A stretch of 64,000 bases of DNA from the human T2T-CHM13v2.0 reference genome, Homo sapiens, in assembly GCF_009914755.1 (NCBI RefSeq), contig NC_060946.1; one strand, given 5' to 3'. The stretch's first letter is position 1. Every line of letters begins with the position of its first letter. The translations under genes were made by a program, and so were the position numbers. The notes beneath the pieces are model-generated. The model did not search any database. It saw only the letters and a program-made list of their open reading frames with translations, and was not told the DNA's origin. Shown here piece after piece: positions 1-17,333 of the stretch.

Positions 1-339
1 TGTTGTAATTCTTTCACTGAGAATTGCCATGTGTGCCACACTGCGACCACCATTGACACCTGCAAGAATACAGGTCCTGCAAGATCATATGACCCAAGCT
101 GCAGGGCTCTTCACAATGCAGCCTGGACATGCTGTGGAGCCCTGTCCTGCCCTGCACTCTTCAAACCCTGTGGTCTTCCTATCTCCCTGACTTGTCTTGT
201 GGCTTACTTGTGTTATGTTGCTTAGGGTTTCTTGAGTTTTATGAGTTTGTATTTTTATAACTGTATAGATATAGATGGATAAATATAGATATGGTCAGAG
301 AGGAAGATTAAGAGAGAAAGACAAAGAATTTAAAAAAAA

Positions 340-1350
<1,011 letters not shown>

Positions 1351-3583
1351 TGGTAGCCACATAACTTTATATGTTTGTACTTAATTTGGATGTATTTTAT
1401 TGTATTGAAAGTAAACCTCAGTTAAGTTGACTTTTAAAATTTATTAGATTCTAAAATATTAATTTGCTTCCATCCATTATATTTATTCACAAATTCTACA
1501 ATAGTATGTTTTAGAAGACCGTAATAGACACAGTAACTGGCATATTCATAAAGGAAATTTCCTTATGTAGGATAGTTTTTAGGGGAAATGCCTGAAACAA
1601 AAAAATCTACATCTGCTTGTCATAATTCGCTGCACAAAAGATCTAAATGTGTAACTGGCAATCAGCTTTAGCTTTCATTATCTTTCATAGCAGCATGGAT
1701 CAATTATGTTTACCCAGTTGGCTATCTCTCCATGCTAAACTCATATTGCATACATGCCTCTGAAATTCCAGTCATGTATAGTCTGTAATTTATACCTATA
1801 TTACACAATTTGTATACTTTTCCACTTTAAAGGGGGGATTTATACCTGCAAAGGGACTTGACCTACAACTATCATCCAATTCTGTTCCAAATTTTGGATA
1901 CTATGACTCTATTCTGGGAAATTATTCAATAGTTTTGTTTCATTTGACTCTTCCTACAGACATAATGTGCTGAAGTAAACCTGTTTTTTATGTTTGGAAA
2001 GTAACCTTTTGACTGGTGTTTTCTAGCTTTTGGAAAACATGTCCTCGAAGCAGAAGTAATTAGTTGTTGAGGGAATAGAACCACAGCATTTCTGACCTAG
2101 GCAAATTGAAATCTTGTCATCCTTGATGACAAACATGACATGACACATGATTGCTTTTTTCAGGGAGTTCTTATGTAACATATTTTACCCCCAACTAGTT
2201 GGTATCATTCAAATCAAATTTTATAATTTTACTGTGTATTAGGATGCAGTTTTATAATTTCCAAAGCATCTTTATGCATATTTTTTCTCAAATAAATCCT
2301 ACAGCAACTGTGTGAGATACTCAAAGGTGAGAATATTATCCCCATTTTATAACTAAGCAAGCAGACTCTAAGATTTGTTAACTTTTTAGAGCTGAATTTT
2401 AGTCCACTATTTTATGTTATCAACCGTTGATTTGCTGTGCTATACCCACCAATTTAGAAAAAAATTTACCCAAGGTGGTAACATATAATACAATTAATTT
2501 ATTTTTTTTCTCTCTGCTTGAAAACAGAAACAATGGTGATTATGGAGTATCTACTGATTATTTTGCTGGGACAAGTTGATGTCACTGAATTTATAAATTG
2601 AACTGAACTGATAACCTCAGTTACTTTGCCAAAATTCCTTCTTATAATATTACATAAACTGTGGAATGCAGAAGAGGTACTTTTAATTTCTAATTATTTA
2701 AGTAGAGAAAGACTCAACACTTCCTTTTAGCCTCACACATAAAATTTCTGGTTGATACATCACCAGCGATTGTGTTTCAGCATGTACATAAATGCAGCTT
2801 TCTGAATAGGCAAACTTACAGGAAATACGGAATATCATTGTATTTACATACAGCAGTATCTCAGACATCATTCCAAAAACTAAAGGACAATGAGGAAATA
2901 TTTCCAAAAGCCATATTACAGTGGTTTGGGGGAGGTAAAAGAGAGAATGCTGCAATATGTTTTCCTGTTTGACTGACTCAAGCTACATTCTAGGAGATAT
3001 TTTAAAAAGTGAATAAAATCTCTGTGTCATAGTCAAAAGATGTAAGGCAAACCACAATAATCCGAGGAAATCTGAAATGAATATTAGTAAATACAACCTT
3101 CTGGATTTGGTTTTACTTACCTAGTATGTTGACTATGTCTGCTTATGGTTTCCTTATTTATGCCTACCTACACCATCTTTTAATTAAATGTGCCAATAAA
3201 ATTTCATCTACGTGCAGAATTTCCTTTGCTTGACACAAACACTTTGTTCTACTGTGAATCAACTGCTGGGGCTTTCTATTGTATGGATATCTACAAAGGG
3301 ATGTGCTGTAACTCAAGTATAAGCAGATGGTTCTTTCATTGTTGTAAATCAAATTGGTATGACCTGTGACTGGGTTCGATGTGGCCCCAGCTTTCTGAGG
3401 CCTGTGAAAATTGCTAGGTTGCTCGTTTTCATTTTTTCTTATCACCTTAACTGGAGTTGGAGGCCCTTGCAAGTCCAGGACAATGACGTCATAGGCAACC
3501 TCAGTTGTCTAGTGTGACTTAATAAGCCTGATGTATGTAGTAGAACCAATCTTTTCTTTTATATATAATGCCATTTTAAGTGA

Positions 3584-3960
<377 letters not shown>

Positions 3961-4333
3961 GTTAATTTGATTTTTTAACTCCTAAATTCTACCACTTTCC
4001 TTACTCGCTTTCTAATGAAAATTGATGGAGAAAATAAGCTGAAAATATCACAATTCTAAACATTCCACTATTTTGAGATTCTAAAATTATTGGCTTTTTG
4101 TGTTCACTGATTCATGTCGGATTTTTAGTAGCATAATCAAACCTTTTTTTGGCAATGGTATATAGAGTGCAAAATGCAGAGCCATTTGCCATGGTGTAGA
4201 TGCTCTCAGTATGCCCCTGTGTCTAAAGAGATACTATTCTTCAACATAAATCAGACATATAGAAAATACTTACAGCACAGAAAATATGAACTATGGCATA
4301 GAAATACATTAAATTAGCTAAATGACATCCCTA

Positions 4334-4677
<344 letters not shown>

Positions 4678-4789
4678 TTAATTTTTTCCTATAATCTCCT
4701 GGGACAAATAAATGTTTTCAACAGTTGCGCTTAACAAACTGAAGAACTGGAAGGAGAAACAACATTATTAATAATTACTTCCATAGTGG

Positions 4790-5205
4790 GGCGTGGCTCA
4801 CATCTGTAATCCCAGCACTTTGGGAGGCCGAGGTGGGCTCATCACGATGTTAAGAGATCAATACCATCCTTGCTAACACGGTGAAAACCGGCCCCTACTA
4901 AAAATACAAAAAATTAGCCGGGCATGGTGGCGGGCGCCTGTGGTCCCAGCTACTTGGGAGGCTGAGGCAAGAGAATCGCTTGAGGAAGCCCAGCCAACAC
5001 GGCTAAACCCCATCTCTACTAAAACTACAAAAGTTAGCTGGGCATGTTGACGCATGTATGTAATCCTAGCTACTCCCGGAGGCTGAGACAAGAGAATCGC
5101 CTCATCCCTGGAGGCGGAAGTTACAGCAAGCCGAGATCACGCCACTCCACTCCAGCCTGCTCTACAGAACAAGACTCCGTCTCTCAAAAAAAAAAAAAAA
5201 AAAAA
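4790..5205 (+). mobile_element. Composite three-arm Alu/Alu chimera
   Basis: First Alu breaks at ~4984 (GAATCGCTTGAG), then restarts at the late left arm (CCAGCCAACACGG) and runs to poly(A). Confidence 0.8.
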
Positions 5206-6209
5206 TACTTCCTACGATGCATGATTAGATTACAAAGTTTTCTATTCTTTTCTTTTAAAAATAAATATCTTAGCTGCCTGTTTTCATTCCGGACATCAAA
5301 ATTGCCTAAAGTCTTTGTGGGCAATATCATCAACCCTTGAGGGAAATTCAAGATATTCCCAACACAGAAATATTCTTAGCTGAAAAGAGTATGGGATGAC
5401 AATTTTCAACCTGGCACATATAAAAAGAAGAAAAATGTTGGGTAAATGAACAGCAAAAGAAAGATGGCATTCATATGTCCTATGCAATTCTGAATACTTA
5501 TTTTATGTAGGTGATTATTTTAATGAAAGACATTTATAGATCCAAAATATTTTTTAACTTAACGAACTTTGGCAAAACAATGCCCTTCAGTCAGTGACTA
5601 TATTGTCAAGTTTCATCTACCTCTGATCAAGGAAACACAAATAATAGTAATTCCATAATCAGTATGTGTGAGAAAATAAGAGCTGTGTTTAGTTCTAATT
5701 ATTTTGAGTTATGCCACATAACACATAACAGTATACATTTATTTTGAGTTCATATGTAGAATTAGACTACTTTTTAATTTTGGGAACATGGAGAACAATA
5801 TTATAGGATTATATTAGTAAGGCTATGGTAAATACTAACATTAAGCTCTCCTTATGTGCCACACACAGTTCCTTCACCAATATGGGCAGAATTTTAGCTG
5901 AAGACTTATAATGAAGCCTAGACATTCATGCAGAAATTAAACAACTTGACCATTGTTAGAATATAGTAAACATATACATGTTCAATACCAGCCTCTTTTT
6001 TTCTCACTTTATGTTTTTTGAATGTCATTAGATTTACATATCCTGCTAACATGACATAAAAACAAACCTTAAGTTTCAAGAAATTAATAATTCTAGTTAC
6101 ATATTATTTATATGTTTTTCTTATTAACTATTAGTTATTTCAAACCTTACCTTTTATGTTTTGAGATAAAAAATATCTAATAGAAAGGTAGTTTTTTGAG
6201 AAGACTTCC

Positions 6210-6532
6210 TTTTTTATTATTTTTATATTTATTTCTTTATTTTTTTTTTTGAGACAACATCTTGCTATGTCACCCAGGTTGGAGTGCAGTGGCGTGATGT
6301 TGGCTCACTGCAACCTCTGCCTCCAAGGTTCAGGTGATTCTCCTGCTTCAGCCTCCTGAGCAGGTGGGATTAGAGTAGCATGCCACCACGCCTGGCTAAT
6401 TTTTGTATTTTTAGTAAACATGAAGTTTTACCATGTTGGCTAGGCTGGTCTTGAACTCCTGACCTCAAGTGATCCATCCTCCTCAGCCTCCTAAAGTATT
6501 GGGATTACAGACGTGAGCTACTGCACCTGGCT
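6210..6532 (-). mobile_element. Alu (AluS)
   Basis: Reverse Alu dimer with T-rich tail. Confidence 0.9.
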
Positions 6533-7276
6533 CTTTTTTAATTATTTTGAAAGGATACTTTAGTTTTCCTAGTAATCCATGTGAATGTATTCTCTATGAA
6601 CTATAGTGTGTGTGTTTACTTTTTATATATAGAATACTACTGAGGAACAAGCTGTTTCTGTAAATGAAATGGGACTGAACCTGTACCTTGGTTGTGTTCT
6701 ACATGTTACAGAGACCTGGACAGAGACAATATGATCATCTCATGAACATCACATAATCTCCTGTCACAGTTCCAAGATAAAACATTTCCTTAAAATCAAG
6801 ACTTGCTTTAATAACCATCACATTTATTACAATAATACCTTCCCACTCTAATCAATATGGATATAAACAGCCTTTGTTCTATTTTTCTCATACTTGGAAG
6901 ACTTTTGCTTTCATTCCATGAAAATCTTGTATTTCTCCTCAGTTATTCTAATTAGAAAACTAGTGCTGGGGGGGGAAAATAAAACAGCATAGAAAGGAAA
7001 GGGGCTCCTGCAATGCACTGTTTAGACAGATAAGGTAGCCAGGCCAGACGATGGTCAGGTAGGGACTGCCTTCTCTCTGGTGGTGAGAACTGAGAATTGC
7101 TGAGAGGTGTGGAAGTGGAGCTGATTGAGCCAGAGCACTGTCCAGCTTTCTTCCATTTCTCTACATAAAATAATCCATAATCTTCAGGATTAAGACCTCA
7201 TGATCTCATGTTTTGAGAAAGAGAGTTGAGAAACACCTACTAGTCTTATGATAGGTTGAGTACTTTAAAGAGTTTT

Positions 7277-7518
7277 GGGCCAGGTGTGGTGGCTCACACC
7301 TGTAATCCCAGAACTTTGGGAGGCTGAGGCACGTGGATTACAAGGTCAGGAGATCGAGTCCATCCTGGCCAACACAGTGAAACCCTGTCTCTACTAAAAA
7401 TACAAAAAAATTAGCCGAGCATGGTGGCACGCACCTGTAGTCCCAGCTACTCGGGAGGCTGAGGCAAGAAAATCGCTTGGTGACAGAGTTAGACTCCATC
7501 TCAAAAAAAAAAAAAAAG
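7277..7518 (+). mobile_element. Alu (AluSc-like) with right-arm deletion
   Basis: Alu consensus jumps at ~7479 (ATCGCTTG|GTGACAGAG). Confidence 0.88.
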
Positions 7519-8087
7519 AATTTTGAAGCTTCTTAATTCCATTTATTTAAGACATTATTCTCATTGGGATTAGGGGGGAATCCCTGAATTTTGGTAAAAA
7601 CAAATCCAAGTCACAAAATCAGAAAAAAAAAAGGAAAGATATAGGATGATGCGTTTCATTCTTCATATGAATATGCATTTTACACATATATAACTAAGAC
7701 CAATTTAGGATTTATTTCCAGGCTTGGGGATAACTTATGGAAACTTTTAACATTAAAGTTAAATTTGCAATTCAGAATTAATCCATACATTATTTCACAG
7801 TTTTCTTGTTGATATTAAATGTTGCTGACTCAGTAAAGTTTATTATTTGAATATAACAAGAATGTGTGAATTGTAAATTCCATGCTAAAGTCTGGAACAT
7901 TTCTACAAAATTCAGTTTAGCAAATATTTGTTAAGACTTCAGTCAAAGCCTTTTACAACTGCACTGCTCTAGGTTTTGAGGACTCAAAATAATCTCTGCT
8001 CACAAACCAGACATGCAGACAAATAAGGTTCTATGTGTTAAGGTCAATAAGAGAATTTTGCTGAAGACAAAATATTATCGCAGACAC

Positions 8088-8255
8088 AAAAAAATTAGCC
8101 AGGCATGGTGGCAGGTGCCTGTAATCCAAGCTACTCAGGAGGCTAAGGAAGGAGAATAGCTTGAACCCAGGAGGTGGAGGTTGCAGTGAGCCAAGATCAC
8201 ATCACTGCACTCATCTTGGGCAAGAGAGTGAGACTTCATCCCAAAAAAAAAAAAA
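8088..8255 (+). mobile_element. Alu right monomer
   Basis: AAAATTAGCCAGGCATGGTGG through to A-tail. Confidence 0.85.
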
Positions 8256-8530
8256 TCTTGATTCCTTTATCCCCTGTGCTTCATAGCATTCAGAGTCTTC
8301 CATATTTTCTGGGAGTTTCTTGGTTAGTTGGGCTTGGCCTCTCCTCACTTACTGTTGGTGCCTGTCCTCTTCTCTGTGCTCCAGAGCAGATCATGTTTTC
8401 TCTACTCAGTTCCATCTAGTGAGGAGACTCATCACACTTTCACCCCCAACTTAGCACCAAGCACAATTAATTCAAGACCACTATGTGGACGAGATAAGGG
8501 AGAATTACATCCCACGAAGAGCAGCAAAAT

Positions 8531-8665
8531 GCATAAACATGCATATATATACACATATATGAATGTATATGCACATATACACACATATACATATATATGC
8601 ATATAAATACACACATATATACACGTATACACATATATACACACACATATATACATGCATATATT
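8531..8665. repeat. Degenerate (TA)n/(CA)n microsatellite
   Basis: Alternating purine-pyrimidine CATATATATACACATAT run. Confidence 0.9.
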
Positions 8666-8902
8666 GCCACCACTATCCTGAATCTCCTCATTTATTCCCA
8701 TCAGAAGGAATTTCTCCACCCCACCCTACCATTTTCTTGGAACTTCTAGTCTCTCTCACATTATTAATTCTACACCTGGGGCTGCCTCGCCCCCTCTTGC
8801 TAACTGCCTGGTGGTAACTTGGCACTCCTCTTAGTTACTACTTAACGTTACAGCTCACCCTTTTTTACATCATATTTATGAAGCATTAAATATTCTAAAA
8901 GT

Positions 8903-9200
8903 GGCCAGGTGCAGTGATTCATGCCTGTAATCTCAGCACTTTGGAAGGCCAAAGTGGGCAGATCACAAGGTCAGGAGTTCAAAACCTCCTGACCAACAGG
9001 GTGAAACCCTGTCTCTACTACAAATACAAAAATTAGCTGGGCATGATGGCATGTGTCTGTAATCCCAGCTGCTCAAGAGGCTGAGGCAAGATAATCACTT
9101 GAACCTGGGAGGCAAAGGTCACAACGAGCCAAGATTTGTGTCACTGCACTCCAGCCTGGGTGACAGAGCAAGACCCTCAAAAACAAAACAAAAAAAAAAC
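8903..9200 (+). mobile_element. Alu (AluS)
   Basis: Full Alu dimer with A-tail. Confidence 0.9.
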
Positions 9201-9840
9201 AAGCTACTTTGTCTAGGGTACCCTATTATACCAAGGAATTTAGTGCCTCATGAAAAAAGACTCTCAAAGATGTTTTTCTAAACAATAGAACCTTCTACCT
9301 TAGAAATCATTTATGATATTATCCAACATCATTATTTTTTATTTTATGTATATTTTCACTACAATAAAAATCTTTCAAATATATCAAAATACCATTTTAT
9401 TAAAACAGAAAAGTTGTTTATTAGATAATCTTTTAATTTTAACATATTAATTTATCTATCGGGGTTCTATGTCATTCTCACTCAGGAAGAGAATTCAATA
9501 AATAAATCTGGTAGCTTCACATATCAGTAGAACTTTTGCACAAAAAATGGGCAATTTTTCATTTTTCAGAGTGAACACTGAGCCACCACCTGAGGAAAAA
9601 TAAATGATCATTTTTAACAATTAAAGTTACTATTATTTTAATCATCTGGTCTTTTAAGATGTTTTTAGACTTATAGATCAAGATAAGAAGTTAGCATGCA
9701 TTTATCTTTCTTTCAATTTGTATCCATCCCTAACTTATTTCTTCCTATTGTGCAATAACTCATTATTAAGCTGAGCTTCCATTTTACTCATTCATATTTA
9801 TTTATGGGTCAGGCAAGTGAACTGCATACAAATTCACAAA

Positions 9841-10141
9841 TTTTCTTTTTTTTTTTTTTTGAGATGGAGTCTCTCGCTCTGTCGCCCAGGCTGGAGTCAG
9901 TGGTGCAGTCTCGGCTCACTGCAAGCTCCGCCTCCAGGGTTCATGCCATTCTCCTGCCTCAGCCTCCCGATTAGCTGGGACTACAGGCACCCACCACCAC
10001 ACCTGGCTAATTTTTTGTATTTTTAGTAGAGACGGGGTTTCACCATGTTAGCCAGGATGGTATGGATCTCCTGCCCTCGTGATCTGCCCACCTCAGCCTC
10101 CAAAAGTCCTGGGATACAGGCTTGAGCAACCACGCCCGACC
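9841..10141 (-). mobile_element. Alu (AluY-like)
   Basis: Reverse dimer; flanking repeat ACAAATTTTCTTT. Confidence 0.9.
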
Positions 10142-10159
10142 TACAAATTTTCTTTGTAA

Positions 10160-10520
<361 letters not shown>

Positions 10521-10859
10521 CTTTTAAAATTTGACCTAAACGGTTCATCCTGTCATGTTTTTCATGAGAGATGAAGGTCCACTATTTTTCCCTTGTTATT
10601 TTAATAAAAACAACTATTTACCTTGAATATACTGAATATACACAAAATACATATTCATTTACACACCATGGCTTTTTAAAAGGGTTGTCCTTAGATGTGG
10701 CCTCCAGGGATAGTTAAGCTCTAAATGGAAGGCTTCATATGTAAAGACAATTCCCTTTTGACCTTGTCTCTTATAGTGAGTGTGTGTGTGTCTGCTTTTA
10801 GTGGTAGAAGTTAAAGGGAATCTCTATGATTGTTTTTCTTTCTCTCCATTTATCTCTCA

Positions 10860-11483
<624 letters not shown>

Positions 11484-11664
11484 TATCCCTCACTTTATAA
11501 CGTTAATCAAGTTCTTTTATAATTTTATGTTAAAGATTTTTGAATTTTGTTAATCTATTTTATTTTCCTTCATAAAATGATCAAAGCTAAAAATAACATT
11601 ACAAAGTATATCATAATCGTTAATAGAAAGAGCTTTATAATCAGCTTAAATTTCTTTTCTCTCT

Positions 11665-11830
11665 TTTCTAGTTATGTGATCTTAGGCAAGTTACATAAAT
11701 TACCTGTGTTCAGTTTATTTATTTGTGAAATGGGGAAAATAATGGTGCCTGTTTCTGGGTAAGATTGTAGTGAGGGTGAATAATAGATTTATCAAGCATA
11801 AAGCAGTGCCTGGGACACAGGAATTGCCCT
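11665..11830 (+). mobile_element. MIR SINE
   Basis: TGTGATCTTAGGCAAGTTACAT...TGTGAAATGGGGAAAATAAT...CAGTGCCTGGGACACAG resembles the MIR core. Confidence 0.75.
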
Positions 11831-11859
11831 CTCTGCATGCCCCTACATATGTGTGCATA

Positions 11860-13347
<1,488 letters not shown>

Positions 13348-13379
13348 TAAAATTACTAGTCTTCAAAAATCAGTTGTAT

Positions 13380-14230
13380 CTTCAACATTTCCTACCTCTG
13401 CAAAATTGATCACCATTCTCACAGTTACCCAGGCTTAAAACCTCAGAATTCTATCAAATTATTTCATTTCCTTACATCTCATGTTTAATTAGTCACTGAT
13501 TCCCATCAATTTTCCTCTATCATTTTTAATAGTACCAACACATTATTTCTCTTAGAAAAATATTTTTCTAGTTTAGGCTCTTAATTTAGCCTATTTTTAA
13601 AATATCTCAAAGTTTGCCATACAGTCTTTATTTCTTATTTCTTGAAATATTTTCTACATTTTGATACAACTAACCTTTCTGAAGCATAAATATCTCACTT
13701 TGTCACTTGTCTGCTCAAAAAAAAACATAAAAATATCTTCTTGGTCTAGAAAGTAAAATTATAATGCTTGGCATGATGCAGACAGAAATTCCCATTTATC
13801 ATTTTTCTCCTTTGCCCCCACACTTTTCTTCCATGTTCACACCAGTACCTAATGTCCCAGACATATGGAATTCATTGTCTCATGAATAGAGTCAACACAT
13901 TCTTACTACCATGCATTTAGTCAAACCATCTGGCCACCTGGAATTTCCTACCATCCCCCATAAAATTTAAATTAAAAAATTCCACTGTTCTGTCCTCTCC
14001 GAATATGTCCCTGAACCTTTATTGAAACTTATTGACATATCCTTTGGTTCCCGCAGCCTTTATGGTATATGTCATAATTTAGCATATACATTACTCTGCC
14101 GTACATTTTAGTAAGTTAATGACCTGTCTCTTTTCACTGATAAAACAGTGTCAGGCTTTTTTCATTTTTGTATTCCCTACTGGTCCACAGAGTGTTATGA
14201 ACATATAATGTGCTAAGTTATTTTTAAATT
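13380..14230 (+). mobile_element. L2 LINE 3' remnant
   Basis: Degenerate pyrimidine-rich L2 motifs (CAGTTACCCAGGCTTAAAACCTCAGAATTC); boundaries approximate. Confidence 0.5.
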
Positions 14231-14907
14231 GACTTAAACTTACTGGTGAATTCACCGATTAACTGTTCTTTTCCAGTATTACTCTTAGAAATGTCCTTGC
14301 CTTGATATATTTTATGTTCTAAAAAAATTAATTTCATTTTAAGAATCACATCCTCCAAAACAAAAGAAACAAAAGCTCCCATACAATTCTAATTCTAGTT
14401 ATAGGTAACATTAAAAAATGGCATACCAATTGTAAAAAACAAAAACAAAAAGCAAACAAAAACAAACAAACAAACAAAACAATTCCCATGAAAGCCAGAG
14501 GCAAACAATGCAAATTTTAATGTCAACATTGTCATTTTTTTCCTAGGTTAGGGGACAATATAACCACATTTATAAACTTGTTCTTTTTTGTCTCTCTTCG
14601 TGTTGACCTCACACATAGCATAGTATGCCATTAAAACAACAAAAAAAGGAGAAAATGCTATATTGAAATACAGTATTTTCTTACAACAATTCCTTACTGT
14701 GAATTGTGAATGAAAATTAAATTCTTTAATCACTAGGAAAGACTCTGAGTGTGCGAATCTTTCTTTCAGCTGATATAAACATTGATAAGATCAAAGCTTG
14801 CTCTAAATTATCTGTCTTACCAGGTCTTGACTGAATCTCAGAACAAAATCCTGTAGTTTCTCTTTATTTCAGACAAACCTTTGATCTTTTAAAAATATAG
14901 GCACAGA

Positions 14908-15200
14908 TGGGCACAGTGGCTCAGGCCTGTAATCTCAGCAGTTTGGGAGGCCGAGGCAGGCAGATAACGAGGTCTAGATATCGAGACCATCCTGGCCAAC
15001 ATGGTGAAACTCTGTCTCTACTAAAAATACAAAAACTAGCTGGGCGTGGTGGTGCACACTTGTAGTCCCAGCTACTCAGGAGGCTGAGGCAGGAGACTCG
15101 CTTGAACCTGGGAGGCTGAGGTTGCAGTGAGATGAGAAGGTGCCATTGCACTCCAGCCCGGGCAACCAAGCGAAATTCCATCTCAAAAAATAAAAAGATA
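14908..15200 (+). mobile_element. Alu (AluSc-like)
   Basis: Full Alu dimer. Confidence 0.9.
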
Positions 15201-15560
15201 AATAGGCAAATCTGGCTAAGGAAATGGCAAAAAGGCAGAAAGATATACACAAAAAAAATTAGCCACTAATTGCATTGAAAATGGGTTTAAGTTTAAGGTT
15301 TTGGCAAGTGTTTGAGAAAAATATGAATTAAGCTCATTTTCTGTGGAGACAAGTCTCTAGGCGTTTAGTTTTGGTTAAGGTAAATACTTAAATCTATATA
15401 AAATTTTAAAGACCTTAGTAATGTAAACAAATGGTGTTGAGTTTGGACTTCTCTTCAATATCTATGTGGAATCTTAGGAAAGGAAGAGTGAAAGGATACA
15501 ATACATTTTGAATGGTAGTTCAGCCTAAATCCTAAGCATAAGCATAATACGCTGCTGCAC

Positions 15561-16250
15561 TTTTTTTTTTTTGACAGAGCCTAACTCTGTCCCCCAGTCT
15601 GAAGTGCAGTGGTGCCATCTTGACTCACTGTAACCCCAGTCTCCTAGATTCAAGCTATTCTCCTGCCTCAGCCTCCCAAGTATCTGGGATCACAGGCAGA
15701 CACCAGCCATGTCCAGCTTGTTTTTTGTTTTTGTGTTTTTTCTTTTTTTGGAGACAGAGTCTTGCTCTGTCGCCCAAGCTGGAATACAATGGCACAACCT
15801 CCGCTCACTGCAACCTCCGCTTCCCAGGTTCAAGTGATTCTCCTGCCTCAGCCTCCTGAGTAGTTGGGATTACAGGCACGCACTGCCATGCCCAGCTATC
15901 TGCCTCCCAGGTTCAAGCGATTCTTCTGCCTCAGCCTCTTGAGTAGCTGGGATTACAGGCATGTGCCACCATGCCTGGCCAATTTTTGTATTTTTAGTAG
16001 AGACAGGGTTTCACCATGTTGGTCAAGCTGGTCTTGAACTCCTGACCTCCTGATCCACCTGCCTCAGCCTCCCAAAGTGCTGGAATAATAGGCGTGAGCC
16101 ACTGTGCCCAGCCCATTTTTTGTATTTTTAATAGAGGTGAGGTTTCACCATGTTGACCAGGCTGATCTCGAACTCCTGACCTCAAGTGATCTGCCTGCCT
16201 CCACCTGCCAAAATGCTGGGATTACAGACAAGAGCCACTATGCCTAGCCA
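15561..16250 (-). mobile_element. Nested Alu-in-Alu cluster with a ~76-bp internal duplication
   Basis: Right arm 15561-15720; inner Alu 15720-16113 with repeated CTCCCAGGTTCAAG...GATTACAGGC segment; left arm 16115-16250. Confidence 0.8.
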
Positions 16251-16318
16251 ATATGTTACTTTTAAAAAATAAGTTATTCGTTTTAGTTTTCTTCTGTTGC
16301 TAACAATCATTTCTATTT

Positions 16319-17333
16319 TGTAGGGAAAAGGAAGAGGGATCAGACTGTTACTGTGTCTAGGTAGAAAGGGAAGACATAATAAATTTCATTTTGACCTGAA
16401 CCTTGAACAATTGCTTTGCCCTGAGATTCTGTTAATCTGTAACTTTGCCCCAATCACTTTGCCCCAACCTCTTTGCCCCAACCTTGAGCTCACAAAAACA
16501 TGTGTTGTATGGAATCAAGGCTTAAGGGATCTAGGGCTGTGCCTTGTTAACAAAATGTTTACAAGCAATATGCTTGGTAAAAGTCATTGCCATTCTCTAG
16601 TCTCAATAAACCAGGGGCACAATGCACTGTGGAAAATGGCAGAGACCTCTGCCCTGGAAAGCCAGGTATTGTCCAAAGTTTCTCCCCATGTGATAGTCTG
16701 AAATATGCCTCACGGGACGAGAAAGATCTGACCATCCCCCAGCCTAACACCCATAAATGGTCTGTGCTGAGGTGGATTAGTAAAAGAGGAAAGCCTCTTG
16801 CAGTTGAGATAGAGGAAGGCCACTGTCTCCTGCCTGCTCCCGGGAACGGAGTGTCTCGGTATAAAACCCGATTTTACATTTGTTCAATTCTGAGATAGGA
16901 GAAAAAACACTCTATGGTGGGAGGCAAGACATGTTGGCAACAATGCTGCTTTATTGTTCTTTACTCCACTGAGATGTTTGGGCAGAGAGAAACATAAATC
17001 TGCCTACGTGCACATCCAGGCATAGTACCTCCCCTTGAACTTAATTATGACACAGATTCTTCTGCTCACATGTTTTTTTGCTGACCTTCTCCCTATTATC
17101 ACCCTGTCCTCCTACCACATTCCTCTTGCTGAGATAATGAAAATAATAATCAATAAAAACTGAGGGAACTCAGAGGCCGGTGCCAGTGCAGGTCCTTCGT
17201 ATGCTGAGCGCCGGTCCCCTGGGCCCACTTTTCTTTCTCTATACTTTGACTCTGTGTCTTATTTCTTTTCTCAGTCTCTCATCCCACCTTACTAGAAGTA
17301 CCCACAGGTGTGGAGGGGCTGGCCACCCCTTCA
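16319..17333 (+). mobile_element. Solo LTR5A (HERV-K HML-2)
   Basis: TGTAGGGAAAAG...GGCCACCCCTTCA, 1015 bp; TATAAAA at ~16860; AATAAA at ~17152; TATTT target duplication at 16314-18 and 17334-38. Confidence 0.93.

Noticed and set aside
2698-3472. ORFs of 66-102 aa as fragments of a known gene
   Set aside because: No protein family recognised; kept only as a low-confidence candidate-exon finding
8432-8817. Y/I/H/T/C/V-rich ORFs
   Set aside because: Translation of a TA/CA microsatellite
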